Below, in pieces: positions 18,621-28,715 of a stretch of DNA of 30,625 nucleotides. The DNA is from Nitrososphaeraceae archaeon (lineage in GTDB: Archaea; Thermoproteota; Nitrososphaeria; Nitrososphaerales; Nitrososphaeraceae): the NCBI GenBank assembly GCA_035250975.1, contig DATFEP010000074.1, positions 1-30,625 on the forward strand, given 5' to 3'. Positions within the stretch are counted from its first letter, which is position 1; the number at the start of each line of letters is the position of its first letter. The notes under the pieces are model-generated. The model was not told the origin of the DNA. It saw nothing but the letters and a program-made list of their open reading frames with translations, and did not search any database. The translations under genes and the position numbers were made by a program.

Positions 18621-19148
18621 CAGACAAAATGAAACAATAGGCTATTTAATTATCAGTTAACCAAGTTAACTAATATGTAATCAAATTCAACCATATGATT
18701 CACTATATTGGGATATTGTAGATGATATTTATCTAGTTGGTGTCAGATCAATGTTCAGTGCCATAAAATATTAGTAAAAAGACAATAACGGATATAATGG
18801 TAGTCAAGATAGGAATTTGTGATAATTTTGATAAAAATTAGAATATAAAAATAATACTAAATTGTTGCTAATATCTATGTTGGGATAAAATCTTTCTATA
18901 AGAATAATGCTATCAACTTTTATATAATTGGAAATAAACAGCTCTAATAATCTTGGGACTAAAAGGGGATATCTTTTCCATTAAACAATTATCTATCCTT
19001 AAAATACCTAATAGGGTTTATGAAAAGATGAAAAGACTGTTTTGACCAGTGACCTTATAATTCACCCATATTATTGACGCCATAGTTATAGGAGCAGGAC
19101 ATAACGTTAAACTTGTGCTTGTTATTTAGCTAGATTTAGACTTAGGGC

Positions 19149-19611
19149 CTATCCCAAAATTATCCTCCTATAAAAAATGATGCTATTAGCTAATTGCACA
19201 AGACCAAGATAGTTCTCATCCTTCTTTTCATATCTTGTAAATAATTTCCTGAATCTATTGTGCCATGAATTTGTTCTTTCTACCACCCATCTTCTTGCAG
19301 GATGTCTCTTGATGCGTTTCTTTTCTTCTCTTCTGTGTCGGATATGTGGAATAGATCCTCTTTTTGATAACTTCTTGTTCTATTTCCTTGGAATGATATG
19401 CTTTATCAAGACATAGATTCTGTTTCTGTTTGTGCTCTGGTTTGGATGATGGTTTTTTTATAACCATACTATCAACTGTATCAATTGCAACAGTAACATC
19501 GTGAGTATTTGCAGATGTTATAACAGTTGAAAGGGGAATACCATCTTTATCTGTTAAAATACGTCTTTTGGTTCCTAATTTACTTCTATCAGTAGGATTA
19601 TTTCCAGTCAT
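19149..19611 (-). pseudogene. IS5 transposase orfB (DDE domain), frameshifted
   Basis: TGNNPTDRSKLGTKR...CLDKAY. An extra A in the A5 run near 19361-19365 separates this from RWVVERTNSWHNRFRKL...LG*, whose stop lies within the inverted repeat. Confidence 0.88.
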
Positions 19612-19972
19612 CGCCCCCTAAAGGTGATTTTACTGATATACTGTCAAGAGATTGCCATGACCATATGATTCCTCTCTTGTTATCGTATATTTTTAACAGT
19701 CTGGTCCATAATTTATCAAATATACCTGATTCTCTCCATTCTTGAAATCTTCTATGACAGGTAGAACCGGAGCCATATTCTTTGGTTAACATTTTCCATT
19801 GACATCCAGTCCTCAGGATAAACATGATACCATCAAGTACTTTTCTATAAGGAACAATTGGACGGCCTATTGTATTCTCTCGTTTCTCGTCTGGTAAAAT
19901 ATTTTTGATTTCATTCCAAACATCGTCTGGAATACTTGTAATAGTTCTAACATACTTTTTACTCTTAAACAT
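19598..19972 (-). CDS. IS5 transposase orfA (N-terminal half)
   Basis: GRP...RKVLDGIMFILRTGCQW..L...YGSGSTCHRRFQEW and SLDS (first catalytic D). Confidence 0.9.
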   Translation of the reverse strand: MFKSKKYVRTITSIPDDVWNEIKNILPDEKRENTIGRPIVPYRKVLDGIMFILRTGCQWKMLTKEYGSGSTCHRRFQEWRESGIFDKLWTRLLKIYDNKRGIIWSWQSLDSISVKSPLGGDDWK

Positions 19973-21775
19973 TATAAAATAAGATAAGGAACTAACGAGC
20001 TATATTCCTATCTATTTTTGGGATAGACTCTTAAATTACTGGTAATAGAAAAATATGATTCTATCGACGGTATGACAATAACTGAAGAGATAACTCTACC
20101 AGGATATATGTCCGATGTACATACTTTTGGTTATCAGCTCGCCAATTTATCTCCAGTTCCTGGTGAATTAAGGCTCTATAATTAATGGCTTCGAGTTAAT
20201 AAAACCAGAGATCTGTTACTCTCATATTTTCCAGATGGTCGTTCTATCTCAATGTATCGAGATTTAAAAAAAACGGTTAAGAGCTTGGAAAAGTACTCAA
20301 AAAAATATGCTCAAACATGAATAAAGATATTTGATACATATAAAAAAGAAAAAAAGGACATTGTTTCTTCTATTAATTCATCTCCACAATTAGTATCCTC
20401 CAAAATAAAAAAATGGAAAAAGGAGTTGTTGCTGACAAGATAATATTAAACAGATATCGATTTCTCATTCAATCAATGCGATGTTGGTGTCATGAATATT
20501 TTGAATCTGAGGATGCGCGAGTTATGTTTGGAACTTTTGCAGCATTTGTAAAACTTTTTCCAGACGATGCTGGGAGGAAGATCCTTATCTTACCTTTTTT
20601 CCAGTATAATACAAGATGAAGGTAACAATTTAGTAAGAGGAGGCTTCATAAACCTACATTAGCATTAGCGAGATATCTTAAAGCAAATGGAGGAAATATA
20701 ATTCCGAAATATGGCGTTGATAAGATAATTATAAAAAAAGGGAGAGCAATAGAAGTAAAACTTGAAAACGGAAAGGTCATTGGTGTTAAAAAGTGATTGC
20801 ATCTAGTACAGATCCATATACATAAATAATTGATCACATAGGGGAGGAAAATGTAAATTCGACAATTGTCAAACAAATGAAAAATTTGGAATGGGGAGAT
20901 TCTATTTTAGCTATTTATATTGCTTTAAAAAATTCCATCAAGTCTAAAGGAGACCCTGAAGTCACAAATTGAACTCAGCTTCATCTTTCACCGCCTTGTG
21001 TTGAATACCTTTCAAAGATATTTTATGAATGCAGAAGCGGTAAAGTTCCATCTAAACCCCTGGCTATCATGAATAATGATTCAATGGTGGATGTAAGCAG
21101 AACGTCAAAAGAAGACATCTAATTAAATTTCTTGTGCTAAATGTTCCTTACAAAATTAGATATTATAAATACGCGCATGAGAAAAATGAAGAAAATACAT
21201 ATTTACAAAAAGCTGAAAATTGGGTTGATTTCAAGGAAAATTATGCTGATTCAATTGTATCCTTGATAACAGAAAATTATCTACAAGTTTAAAAAAAAGA
21301 GACCATAAAAAGAGTATTATTTTCACCCCTTGATTTCGAAAATAGACCGACAAACACAAGGTTTGGGACACTCTCGTGTGGTGCAGTCACTCCCTATCAA
21401 TTATTTAATATGAGACCTATTCTAGAATTGTCGAATTATAGAATTCCTTCAATACGTAATGTCTATCTATGTAGATCTGGCAGCCATCCTGGGCCAGGAG
21501 TATCAACGGCCCCTGGCAGAAATGGCGCACAAGTAACACTCTCGGATTAAAAATTATGAATATTTGTTTATTCAGATATAGTTAAAGAGATCAATCCACT
21601 TTCCTAATAATCTTTGTAGATGCCTTTTATCGTTTTTATCTACCTTATTTAGAAGGCTCACAAATATTGCAGAACGAAAATCTCGATAATTTATGAGTAT
21701 TTGTTATATCTTTGTATTTTTCAAATTAGAAATAGAAAAAAATGGTAATAACTATTTCCAAAAAATATAAAATTG

Positions 21776-22066
21776 TTATAATATTTTTTTGGCTTCAAGC
21801 TGCATCAACAATACAACAGATTCATCTATTCCCAAGATTTCAGCGATTCTTATAGGTCTGGTATTTAGTAAAGATTCTATAGTAAACCCTGATTCAAATA
21901 AGAGATCTTTTAGTCCTTGTGCAATTTCAATAAAATTAATTCTTTCATCACGAGCGGGAGAAAACGACGATTCTAATATTTTAAACTTCTTCGTGATAGC
22001 GGCTAACTCTAGCTCATGTATGGAGAAATCATCATATGCAGAGGAGTTACGCTCAATAACTTTCAT
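21776..22066 (-). CDS. Hypothetical protein with possible helix-hairpin-helix (RadA N-terminal-like) C-terminal domain
   Basis: GLKDLL.ESGFTIESLL....IAEILGIDE.V...M..EAKK pattern. Confidence 0.6.
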   Translation of the reverse strand: MKVIERNSSAYDDFSIHELELAAITKKFKILESSFSPARDERINFIEIAQGLKDLLFESGFTIESLLNTRPIRIAEILGIDESVVLLMQLEAKKIL

Positions 22067-22550
22067 ACATTAATATAGATCTCATAACTAATAAAGTTGT
22101 TTAATTTTCTAGTAAAAAACAATAGAATCATTTTTCATAAAATATTCTATAAAAATGATAATAAATTAATAAATTATGGTTTTATTATTTCTTTTAGTCA
22201 TTTTATGTATGGATATCAATAATTGGTCTAAAGTTTATCATAGAATAATAATACTATGTCAATTTTTATGATATAATTTCAAGATTGACTACGCCCAGTA
22301 GAATCATTATTTTCCAAATAGTATGTGTTTTTAAATGAACGAGATGAAGTTGCCATTTTTGGGTAAAATCCAGATTATAGTATTATTTTAAGGTCTTTTC
22401 AATATTCTTATTGTGATTATGTGTTGACAATCTAATTATGTTTAATCGTCTTATATGACAATAGTAATAATGTAATTTTTTTAATGTTGAAAAAGGATAT
22501 TAGAAGGAAAGTTGTATTATTATTCAATGTTCGGTTTTGGTATATATCTT

Positions 22551-22688
22551 ATGCAGCTGGTAGATTTTTTAAGTACTAAAAAATTCAAGAAATGTCAGTT
22601 TTGTAATAAGATTTTTAAAAATAAGAATGATCTTGATCTGCACATTAATCAAAATCATTCAAACTCATCTAGTGCTAAACAAGCATAA
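22551..22688 (+). CDS. C2H2 zinc-finger microprotein (45 aa; alternative ATG at 22527)
   Basis: MQLVDFLSTKKFKKCQFCNKIFKNKNDLDLHINQNHSNSSSAKQA* fits C-x2-C-x3-F-x5-L-x2-H-x4-H; below the ORF-track cutoff. Confidence 0.75.
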   Translation: MQLVDFLSTKKFKKCQFCNKIFKNKNDLDLHINQNHSNSSSAKQA

Positions 22689-22919
22689 TATTCCAAATAA
22701 TAATCTTGTTGTTTTTACTAAAATGGAATGTAGGAACATAATATACAACATTTTGATATTAATACAATAATTAACGCAAATCGTTAGATTGATGTAGATT
22801 CAGTATTAAGGTAATTTGTATATCTTTGCTTATATGTATCGACCTATTATTTTGATTATAATGTTATCAAGACGAAGTAGCCCCAAAAAAACCAATAAAA
22901 AAATGCTGTAGGGGAAAGA

Positions 22920-23470
22920 TTGACTAATCAGTCACAAAACGAACAAATCCCATCAAAATCATTTACTAGTGAGGCAGAATACTATAGAAGCAACAAAAAC
23001 AAAAGGAATAAAATTTTAAATAGAGGCACAAAGCTGAAATCACAAGAAAACAGGATGGTTCCCCCAAGATACTTTGATGGCGTAGAACATTACCAAAAAA
23101 AGCCAGTAATGCAATAATAGAAATTTCCAATAACTATATAGACTTGCAAAAATTTATTAATAACAGCTAAAGAAATTTATACCAGATTTCTAGATGAGGT
23201 GTTGAATTCTTATTGGAAAAAATCTACACCCCAGAAAAATACTTAGTATATAGCAATTTAAACAAAAAAATTATTAAAAATTCTGTTGATACAGCCAAAG
23301 TGAGTAAGGATGTTTTAATAAAGTATATAGAGATCTCCAGTAGAACAATAGAACAAGTTCAAAGATATTATACTTCTTTCATCAAAAACTTGAGGGCTTT
23401 TCGAATCTTAATTTTGCATTTCATATTTTTGTATAAAAAATATATTTCTTTTATTTTATTAATATTATAA
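22920..23470 (+). pseudogene. Frameshifted third paralogue of the 13880 phasin-like family
   Basis: Fragments in shifting frames read EISNNYIDLQK, YTRFLDEVLNSYWK, PEKYLVYSNLNKKI and TIEQVQRYY, collinear with the 13880 protein. Confidence 0.75.
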
Positions 23471-23695
23471 TTATTATTTTATTATATTTCACAACATGAT
23501 TTCTTATATAGGCATTAATCAAAAAATAATAATGATCAGGATGTTACATATAACACAAAATTGATATCTTTAGATCATTTTCCGAGATTTAAACTCGTAT
23601 TTGATTAACTTTTGCAATGTATTTAGAATCTCCATTACTTGACAACAAAAAGACCATATTAAAGATTGGCACTATAATATCGAAGGAAATTTTTT

Positions 23696-23986
23696 TTAAT
23701 CAAATGTTATGGATTCTTTAAACAAATCCTTCAAATTTTTCTCATCTTCTTCATTTAACGATTCTGCGTTAGTCCTAATTTTATTTATTAAAGATGTAAT
23801 TCTTTCCTTGCCTAGAATTGCTTCAAGTTTTATTGCTGAGTTTTTACCTTCCCATGAGTCCAATAACTTGAGTATTTCATCTTTCATATCCGGACTAAGA
23901 TCTTTCATGGAATCTTCTATTATTTTTTTGTAAGTATTTGTAATATCCTTGGTTCTAAATTCATAACCCATAATTATCATTGCCAA
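23696..23986 (-). CDS. Hypothetical helical protein
   Basis: 96-aa charged amphipathic ORF; the overlapping plus-strand ORF looks like its antisense shadow. Start uncertain. Confidence 0.6.
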   Translation of the reverse strand: MAMIIMGYEFRTKDITNTYKKIIEDSMKDLSPDMKDEILKLLDSWEGKNSAIKLEAILGKERITSLINKIRTNAESLNEEDEKNLKDLFKESITFD

Positions 23987-24383
23987 ACTTAGATAATAAA
24001 GTTATTTGACGATTTCTGAAATTGATTGTAATTTTTCTATTCTAATAAGTCAGTAAAGACTAATTTATCAGTGATAATAAACTTATAACTGATTGATCCA
24101 ACTTTATCAGCATATTATAATATTTTAGAAATTTTTATGTATACTATAAACAATTGTAACAAAGATAGAAAAGCAGAATAAATTTTTTTGGTGAAATAAC
24201 AAGAGATTATTGGCAAATAATAAAAAGAATCAATAAATAAAACAGTATTTTTCACTACAATAATCCAGGATGTTATTTTCATATATTACTATTATTTTAT
24301 TAAAAAATCATTGCAAAATTGACGTTAAGGAATGACGAATCAAAAGTTTTAACAATCACTAGTTTTTACAAACATTCCAGCAA

Positions 24384-25045
24384 CTATCTAGTATATTCGT
24401 TATAATATTCTATAACAAAATCAAAATTGGCTTTTTCGTATCCTTTTCTTTATTTATTTTTATTATCAAAGAATCTTTGACATTATTATTCATATATGGA
24501 TCAACTTCAAAATAAAGTCGTGTAGGTGGGTTTGGTTGGGCTAGAGTTGGGTTTGGTTGGGCTAGATCTCAAATCTTTATATTAAGGTGACTAGGGCGTG
24601 TGTTATCACCCTGGGAATATTGTTTTGGGAAAATTGTATTAAACAAATAGTTTCCTTTCTTATCACTCTTAACCTTCCCTCAGCGTGTATCCTAAATTAT
24701 CATATGCTCTACCATTATCTGCCTGCCAGAAATCCAATACTGCAACCTCAACTGGTTCACATAGCAAATCCAATACTTTGCCTGATAAGACTATTCTTTC
24801 TGCTGAGAGATCATTACCAAGAGTTTTGGCTAATTGGTTCATTTTCTTTATAGTATGGGCCCAACAAATAGGATTCCGTCAGTTGACAAAGACTATCTTT
24901 TCAGATGATCATAAATCTCCTGTTTCATTTGCTTGAGCAAATGATTCGGTAAAATCGGTTTGAAAGGGGGAAAGTAAAGCAGTAGAAATGGTTGTTATAA
25001 TTATAATTATCATAAAACAAATGTTATTATTATCTTTGTTTTCAT
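24384..25045 (-). pseudogene. Secreted intradiol ring-cleavage dioxygenase-like protein (protocatechuate 3,4-dioxygenase beta fold), decayed
   Basis: Signal-like N-terminus ending SFAQ, then CQLT...GPYY, LSGKVLD..CEPV..AVLDFWQAD...YDN.GYTLR, G.Y.F.TIFP..Y...RPSHLN.K and RLYFE.DPY, broken by several frameshifts and stops. Confidence 0.85.
24524..24565 (+). repeat. 21-bp tandem duplication (1 mismatch)
   Basis: AGGTGGGTTTGGTTGGGCTAG followed by AGTTGGGTTTGGTTGGGCTAG. Confidence 0.9.
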
Positions 25046-25192
25046 TAATTTTCCTGTTATACGGTCATTTAATAAATTCTTCCATATCTTTAAAAATATG
25101 AAAGTTTTGTTCAGGTAAACCCTACACTATCTTTTGAAGTATTGATATCTCGCTTTTAAAAATTTATAAAAGTACAAAAAAGTAAGCTCAAG

Positions 25193-25399
25193 TTAATCTC
25201 TTCTTTCTATTTTGAACCCAATTTTTACTTCTGCCTGAAATTCTTTGACGTTATTTTCTAAAATTTTGAATGTCACTCGTCCAAGTTCTGCCCATTCTAT
25301 GTTGTTAACTGTTCGTGTTGCCTCTTTAACTGCATCTTTTACTGCATCATCTATACTTTTAGGAGATGTTCCTATTATATTGATGTATTTATAGACCAT
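25193..25399 (-). CDS. Dodecin (flavin-binding protein)
   Basis: VYK.I.IIGTSP.SIDDAV..AV..A..TV..I.W and EFQ..VKIGFKI motifs; 68 aa; TTTTATATAA box about 20-28 nt upstream. Confidence 0.92.
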   Translation of the reverse strand: MVYKYINIIGTSPKSIDDAVKDAVKEATRTVNNIEWAELGRVTFKILENNVKEFQAEVKIGFKIERRD

Positions 25400-26287
25400 A
25401 ATATTTTCATGGTTTTGTTATATAAAACTTTTATTCCTAAAATTATTTTTTGGTGTTTTAAATTTTGTGATGGATATTGCTTTGAATAAATTTGATGTTG
25501 CTACGTTTACTGATGATTTTTGTTATTATTATTTCTAATTTCTTTATGCTATCATCATTCTATTATTTATAATTTATAATAAATCTATTTTTATATTGGG
25601 TTAGTCAAAATGAATAATAGGATTCATATTTAGAACGAACTTTTTGATTTTCTAACTTTTTCCATTTCATATCCAAATTCTAGCTAGATTCATTGGAAAT
25701 ATGTTCTTTGTTTTGGTTTTGGAAAATAGAATCAAAGGAGAATTAAAAGGTGATCCCCCAAAAAATAAATCACGATGAAATGAAATAATATATTAATGGA
25801 TTTTTTACCATTGTGTTATTTTTTAATATTTAGCACTTTCTGATTGACTTAATTTGAGGTCTTTATATTGATTGAAAATTATTTCATTAAAACATTTGGT
25901 GTATTATCAGAAAAAGTCTTAATTGAAATTTCTAAAATTATCTTAAGCATTTTTTTGTGAAAGCTTTTAGTTAACTAATTGTCTAAAAAAAGGATAAATA
26001 ATTATTAATGATTATGTTTTAGCAAAGGTACAAAATAGATTAAGAAAGTATAAAGATTACAAAAAGGATACCTTCGCTAAAATGCTCATGGTAATCAAAT
26101 GTAAATTTCTATATTCTTATTCAAGTAATCTAAAACAAAAAACGTTTTTCAAAATATGAGTAGAAAATTTGAACTTTTCAAATACAGGATAAAATTTTCG
26201 AATAAATTTCTTTGTATTATCATGGTAATCTCGATAGACTTTGGATTTAAGGAATGATTTAAATAAGTTGTAAATTCCTATACTATT

Positions 26288-26407
26288 GTGGATAAAAAAA
26301 AGTGCGCATTATGCGGGATTTTAATTTCTGATTCTTCGAACGAACTAAATCTCTGTAAAGAGTGCATAAGTTGTGTAGACTGTTGTATAGGTTTGGAAAA
26401 ACTCTAG
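26288..26407 (+). CDS. Cys-rich microprotein (39 aa, 7 Cys), putative metal-binding
   Basis: MDKKKCALCGILISDSSNELNLCKECISCVDCCIGLEKL*; GTG start preceded by TTTAAATA at 26258-26265 (leaderless spacing). Confidence 0.6.
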   Translation: MDKKKCALCGILISDSSNELNLCKECISCVDCCIGLEKL

Positions 26408-26451
26408 ATTATTTAGTTCATCTCATTCTTATCTCGAATTTCGATTCTATT

Positions 26452-27006
26452 CTATTCTACCATTTTCAGGATATCTGTTGTTGTAATTATTCCAATCACA
26501 TTTCCTCTTTCAGTGACAAGAATGCATTTTGCAAATCTAATCAATGGAACAAGTGCTTTTGCAGGAGTTTCAGAATCGATTAGTGGAGGAGGAGACTCCA
26601 TCGCCATTTCTATCGTCATTTTCTTCAGATCTCTTTCTTCATTTTCAACCATTTTTTTTGCAAGATTGTCTTCAGAGACAATTCCTACTATTTTCTGTCC
26701 ATCAAAAATAGGTATTTGACTTACAAAATTGTCCCTCATTTTTTCAACTACGTTATAAAGAGTATCATTTTTTTGAGCAAAAATGATTTTTCTGCTGCAT
26801 AGATCTGCTGCTTTTTTCGATGAATTTCCTTCTAGGGAACCCAGAATTTCAAAGATCTTTTTGGCAGTATCATAACTTGGTTTACACCTTCCTGTTTCTA
26901 TTTGGTTTATCATTGAGGTACTTATTCCAGTTAAAGACGCCAACTTTCTTTGAGTTATTCCTAATTTGATGCGAGTCTGTCTGATGTATTCTAATCTTGG
27001 GAGCAT
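26452..27006 (-). CDS. XRE-type HTH plus CBS-pair transcriptional regulator (COG3620-like)
   Basis: RIKLGITQRKLA...STSMINQIETGRCKPSY HTH; CBS motifs SQIPI...VGIVSE and VIGIITTTDILK. Confidence 0.92.
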   Translation of the reverse strand: MLPRLEYIRQTRIKLGITQRKLASLTGISTSMINQIETGRCKPSYDTAKKIFEILGSLEGNSSKKAADLCSRKIIFAQKNDTLYNVVEKMRDNFVSQIPIFDGQKIVGIVSEDNLAKKMVENEERDLKKMTIEMAMESPPPLIDSETPAKALVPLIRFAKCILVTERGNVIGIITTTDILKMVE

Positions 27007-27149
27007 TAGTGGTTATTAATGCGATGATTTCATATTTAAAATCTATAAACCAAAGTAACAGAATACCTAATAGGTTTATAGGATAACATTGGGATTTTAA
27101 TTACAATAACAATAAAATAGCATTATAAATGAATTTGAGATCCTGTTAA

Positions 27150-28433
27150 ATGTCGTCATCTTCACAAAGTAACTGGGATTCAGTTAAACGTTATAAACTA
27201 AATAAAATGATAAACAAGTTGGGAAATATTACTGGTCACGGAACCGAACTTGTGACTGTCTATATTCCTCCAAAAAGACCAATCTATGATGTTATGGCTC
27301 AACTTAAAAACGAAGCCGGTACGGCATCAAACATTAAATCAGATCTTACAAGGACTCACGTACAGGATGCATTAAGCAGGACAATCGAATATCTAAAGCT
27401 GTATAAGGAAGCCCCAGAGAACGGCCTTGTAATATTTTGTGGTGCAATTCCCACTGGAAAAGGTTTTGGAACTGAAAAAATTGAGATATTTTCAGTGGTT
27501 CCTCCAAAACCCATACAAATTAATCTGTATAGATGTGATGATCATTTTTGGATTGATCATCTAAAAGACATGATGAAAGATGACAAGGTAATAGGAATAC
27601 TTTCATTGGATACACAGGAGGCAGGATTAGGAATATTGACTGGGGATAGATGGGAAGTAGTCGAATCTCTGACTTCTGGTGTGGCTGGAAAACATCGTCA
27701 AGGTGGTCAATCTGCCAGAAGATTTGAAAGGCTACGGGATAATGAGTTAAATGAATATTATAAAAGAGTTGCAGATTATTCTCAAAAGATTTTTATCGAT
27801 GAATATCCTGTAAAAGGGATAATCGTAGGAGGCCCTGGTCCTACAAAGGAAAATTTTTTAAGGGAAGAGTATCTCGATTACAGATTACAAAATAATGTGA
27901 TAGCTGTTCTAGATTCTTCTTATTCAGGAGGAGAAGGTGTTAGAGAACTAATAGATAAAGTCAATGAACAAGGGATAATGATGGAATATCGTTTAATGGA
28001 AGAAAAGAAGATAATAAAGAATTTTATGAGTGAGGTACATTCAGGAAAAGGCCTCGGAATTTACGGAATCTTTGATGTAATTGAGTCTCTTCGAAATGGA
28101 ATCGCAGATCTTGTTATCGTTACTGATGATATCACTTTTTTAAGACTAGAGGTTAAATGCAATAAATGTTCGCACACTCAGGAAAAATTTATTGACAGGA
28201 GTGATTTGGTATCTGTTAAACAAGACCTTTTATCTAAACCATGTCCGTCTTGTGCAGGTAGTAGCAATGAGCTTGATGCAAATGAACAGGACCTTATTGA
28301 ATTTTTAGAAGAATTAACGATTATGACAGGGTGCAAGCTTGAAGTATTGTCAGGTAAAACTGAAGAGGGCACACAGCTAGCAAGTCTTGGCAAGATAGGT
28401 GCTATTTTGAGATTTCGACCAAGCAATAAATAA
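27150..28433 (+). CDS. prf1: Archaeal peptide chain release factor aRF1
   Basis: TASNIKS, YRCDD and GGQSARRF motifs; Zn-ribbon insertion (CNKC...CPSC); C-terminal GAILRF. Confidence 0.97.
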   Translation: MSSSSQSNWDSVKRYKLNKMINKLGNITGHGTELVTVYIPPKRPIYDVMAQLKNEAGTASNIKSDLTRTHVQDALSRTIEYLKLYKEAPENGLVIFCGAIPTGKGFGTEKIEIFSVVPPKPIQINLYRCDDHFWIDHLKDMMKDDKVIGILSLDTQEAGLGILTGDRWEVVESLTSGVAGKHRQGGQSARRFERLRDNELNEYYKRVADYSQKIFIDEYPVKGIIVGGPGPTKENFLREEYLDYRLQNNVIAVLDSSYSGGEGVRELIDKVNEQGIMMEYRLMEEKKIIKNFMSEVHSGKGLGIYGIFDVIESLRNGIADLVIVTDDITFLRLEVKCNKCSHTQEKFIDRSDLVSVKQDLLSKPCPSCAGSSNELDANEQDLIEFLEELTIMTGCKLEVLSGKTEEGTQLASLGKIGAILRFRPSNK

Positions 28434-28715
28434 TCGAGGCTGCATCATCATTCAATGAACAGATAATGTTGTGATATAAGAAACTGCACCCTGCTATCAC
28501 CAATTCTAAGTCAAGTTTGTTGTTAGATATCATATCATTTACCTAAAGTAACTAAATTTTTGGATATCTTGACAGTAGGTTTTGAAAATAGTGTGGTAAT
28601 ATTCATGATAACACTCCTTACTATGGATAGGATTGCTAGAGAAATGTTGTTTCTAGATTTACTGCCTATTGTTATTGTTTTAGTAAATCTTTGAATTATA
28701 AAGCCAAAACATGAA

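Larger units (their letters stand above)
19145..20030 (-). mobile_element. IS5-family insertion sequence, 886 bp
   Basis: Imperfect terminal inverted repeats GGGCCTATCCCAAAATTA / TATTTTTGGGATAGACTC. TTA target duplication at 19142-19144 and 20031-20033; excision restores the host frame RL-KLLVIE. Confidence 0.95.
19064..21550 (+). pseudogene. Phytoene desaturase-like FAD-dependent oxidoreductase (COG1233 type), IS-interrupted with many frameshifts
   Basis: DAIVIGAGHN...CACYLA lies left of the IS; KLLVIEK...EEITLPGY.SDVH...FPDG lies right of it; the C-terminus NVYLCRSGSHPGPGVSTAPGRNGAQV* ends at 21550. The start is approximate. Confidence 0.88.

Noticed and set aside
20413-20876. ORFs 20413-20619 (+) and 20646-20876 (-) as separate genes
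   Set aside because: A fragment and an antisense shadow of the oxidoreductase pseudogene.
24587-24936. Two plus-strand ORFs
   Set aside because: Antisense to the dioxygenase pseudogene.
12911-26450. Integrated provirus or plasmid at tRNA-Ile2
   Set aside because: No integrase, replication or capsid genes, and no tRNA 3' duplication seen.
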